DNA of 64,000 nucleotides from Escherichia coli (GTDB lineage Bacteria; Pseudomonadota; Gammaproteobacteria; Enterobacterales; Enterobacteriaceae): NCBI RefSeq assembly GCF_024223415.1, contig NZ_CP100500.1; one strand, 5' to 3'. Shown piece by piece: positions 62,850 to 64,000 of this stretch (position 1 is its first letter; each line of letters starts with the position of its first letter). The notes under the pieces were generated by a model. It saw only the letters and a program-made list of their open reading frames with translations, ran no database searches and was not told where the DNA came from. The position numbers and the translations under genes were made by a program.

Positions 62850-64000
62850 TTACGGTTCCCAGCGCAGTTCGTCGTTTGACAATGCGTCGAACGGTTCGAC
62901 AAGCGTTAGCGTGATCTCATTGGAGGAGACACGCTGCCCCTGGTTATCTTCCACCACCACCGACAATCGCCAGTGATTGCTCGCCCCTTCCCCGTTCTGC
63001 CAGTCAGGCATGATCAGCGTCCAGCCCTCCGCGCTGTTGGCTTGTGCGCCCGGCGTCAAACTTAATATCTGCGTATCGCCCTGCCAAATCAGTTGCCGAA
63101 TACCGTAACGACTGCGGATTTGTAATTTCAGCGGCACTGTTTCGCCAGGTTTTAGATCCCACGGCGGTGTCGCCAGAAACACCGTTAACGTTTTTCGCTG
63201 TCGGTACTCAAGAGTCGGTAGATTATTTCGCTGCGGATTATCATAGCGACTACCACGTAACGACTGACTTTCGGCAACCTCGCCCGCAGAAAGTTGTTTT
63301 TTGAGCGGTACACCAAAGCGGTAATTAAGATTCAGCCCGAGATTATTTTGATTCTCGCCACTTTCACCCTGTTTATGCTGGGCCGTCACAGTGACTAATG
63401 GCACAGGGGTGTAATTTAATCCCAGACTCAACGCGACGGGATTGTGATAACCCGTACCAGAGTTAAACAAATCAACACGATCACCAAAATACTGTTCTAC
63501 GCTGACACTGGTATTGAGGTGTTGATAGAACGGCATGCGCATCCGGGCTGTCAGGTCGTACCCGCGCGCCATCCGTTGTTCCTGCGTGGCTGTCTGTTCA
63601 TGCCATGCAGCAAACGGCTGATAAAAGTTTGCCGATAGTCGCAAATATTCGCCCCACGCTTCGGCACCAAAGCCCGCTCGCTGAAGATTTTCATCCAGCA
63701 AGTTGTCATAAAAAGTGTTATAACCCACCAGCCAGTTGCCGCGCGCCCAGCGTTGCCCAACGCCCACATTGCTCACCAGCCCATCATCCTGCTGAGTAAG
63801 ACCAAGCTGGCTCCAGGTGAGATAACGATCATTATCTTGTAACGGCACAAACCAGCTTCCACGACTGCCGGTAAAATGACCTTCGTTATCCACTTTGACG
63901 TCAACACTGGCATTTCCCCACGGTGATAGCCACGACTCTACGTGCTGATTAACCTGTTGACTAAGCGCGTCGCGGACTTTTCCCAATGCGAAAGCTTTTG
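62850..64000 (-). CDS. ychO: Putative invasin/intimin-family outer membrane protein YchO, C-terminal part; 5-prime end likely beyond window
   Basis: Open reading frame to near window edge; conserved position downstream of narL. Confidence 0.7.
   Translation of the reverse strand, partial: KAFALGKVRDALSQQVNQHVESWLSPWGNASVDVKVDNEGHFTGSRGSWFVPLQDNDRYLTWSQLGLTQQDDGLVSNVGVGQRWARGNWLVGYNTFYDNLLDENLQRAGFGAEAWGEYLRLSANFYQPFAAWHEQTATQEQRMARGYDLTARMRMPFYQHLNTSVSVEQYFGDRVDLFNSGTGYHNPVALSLGLNYTPVPLVTVTAQHKQGESGENQNNLGLNLNYRFGVPLKKQLSAGEVAESQSLRGSRYDNPQRNNLPTLEYRQRKTLTVFLATPPWDLKPGETVPLKLQIRSRYGIRQLIWQGDTQILSLTPGAQANSAEGWTLIMPDWQNGEGASNHWRLSVVVEDNQGQRVSSNEITLTLVEPFDALSNDELRWEP

Overview
The window holds the right ~26 kb of a lambdoid prophage (1 to ~26340) followed by ~38 kb of conserved E. 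coli core chromosome. The prophage runs off the window start inside the major capsid gene, so tail genes and the left junction are not visible. Its late operon is on the minus strand: lambda-like head and terminase genes, a lambda-like cos site, a pinholin/SAR-endolysin/Rz-Rz1 lysis cassette, tandem phage tRNAs, Q, RusA, a nin-like region with a Hok toxin, O/P-like replication genes with an embedded iteron origin, and a divergent cro-like/repressor immunity switch. The early-left operon is on the plus strand: Rha, a RecE-like exonuclease, xis and a lambda-family integrase that ends 45 bp from the ompW stop codon. The host part is ompW-yciCBA-tonB-yciI-kch-clsA-yciU-oppFDCBA-ychE-adhE-tdk-hns-galU-rssBA-ychJ-purU-tyrT-tpr-narIJHG-narK-narXL-ychO, with gene order and products as expected for E. 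coli. I did not find one unmistakable new multi-gene system (no CRISPR array, no large ATPase/nuclease defence operon). The strongest candidates are prophage cargo: an outer-membrane lipoprotein with a TonB C-terminal-like domain in the bor position, an exonuclease with a RecE-like N-terminus fused to a DEDDh 3-5 exonuclease domain, a translationally coupled small-gene module ending in a 27-aa membrane peptide next to hok, and an opposite-strand moron inside the lysis cassette. All homology statements are from reading the translations and from memory of reference proteins; no database search was run. Many ORF-track starts are GTG/TTG, so several starts were re-assigned by inspection.
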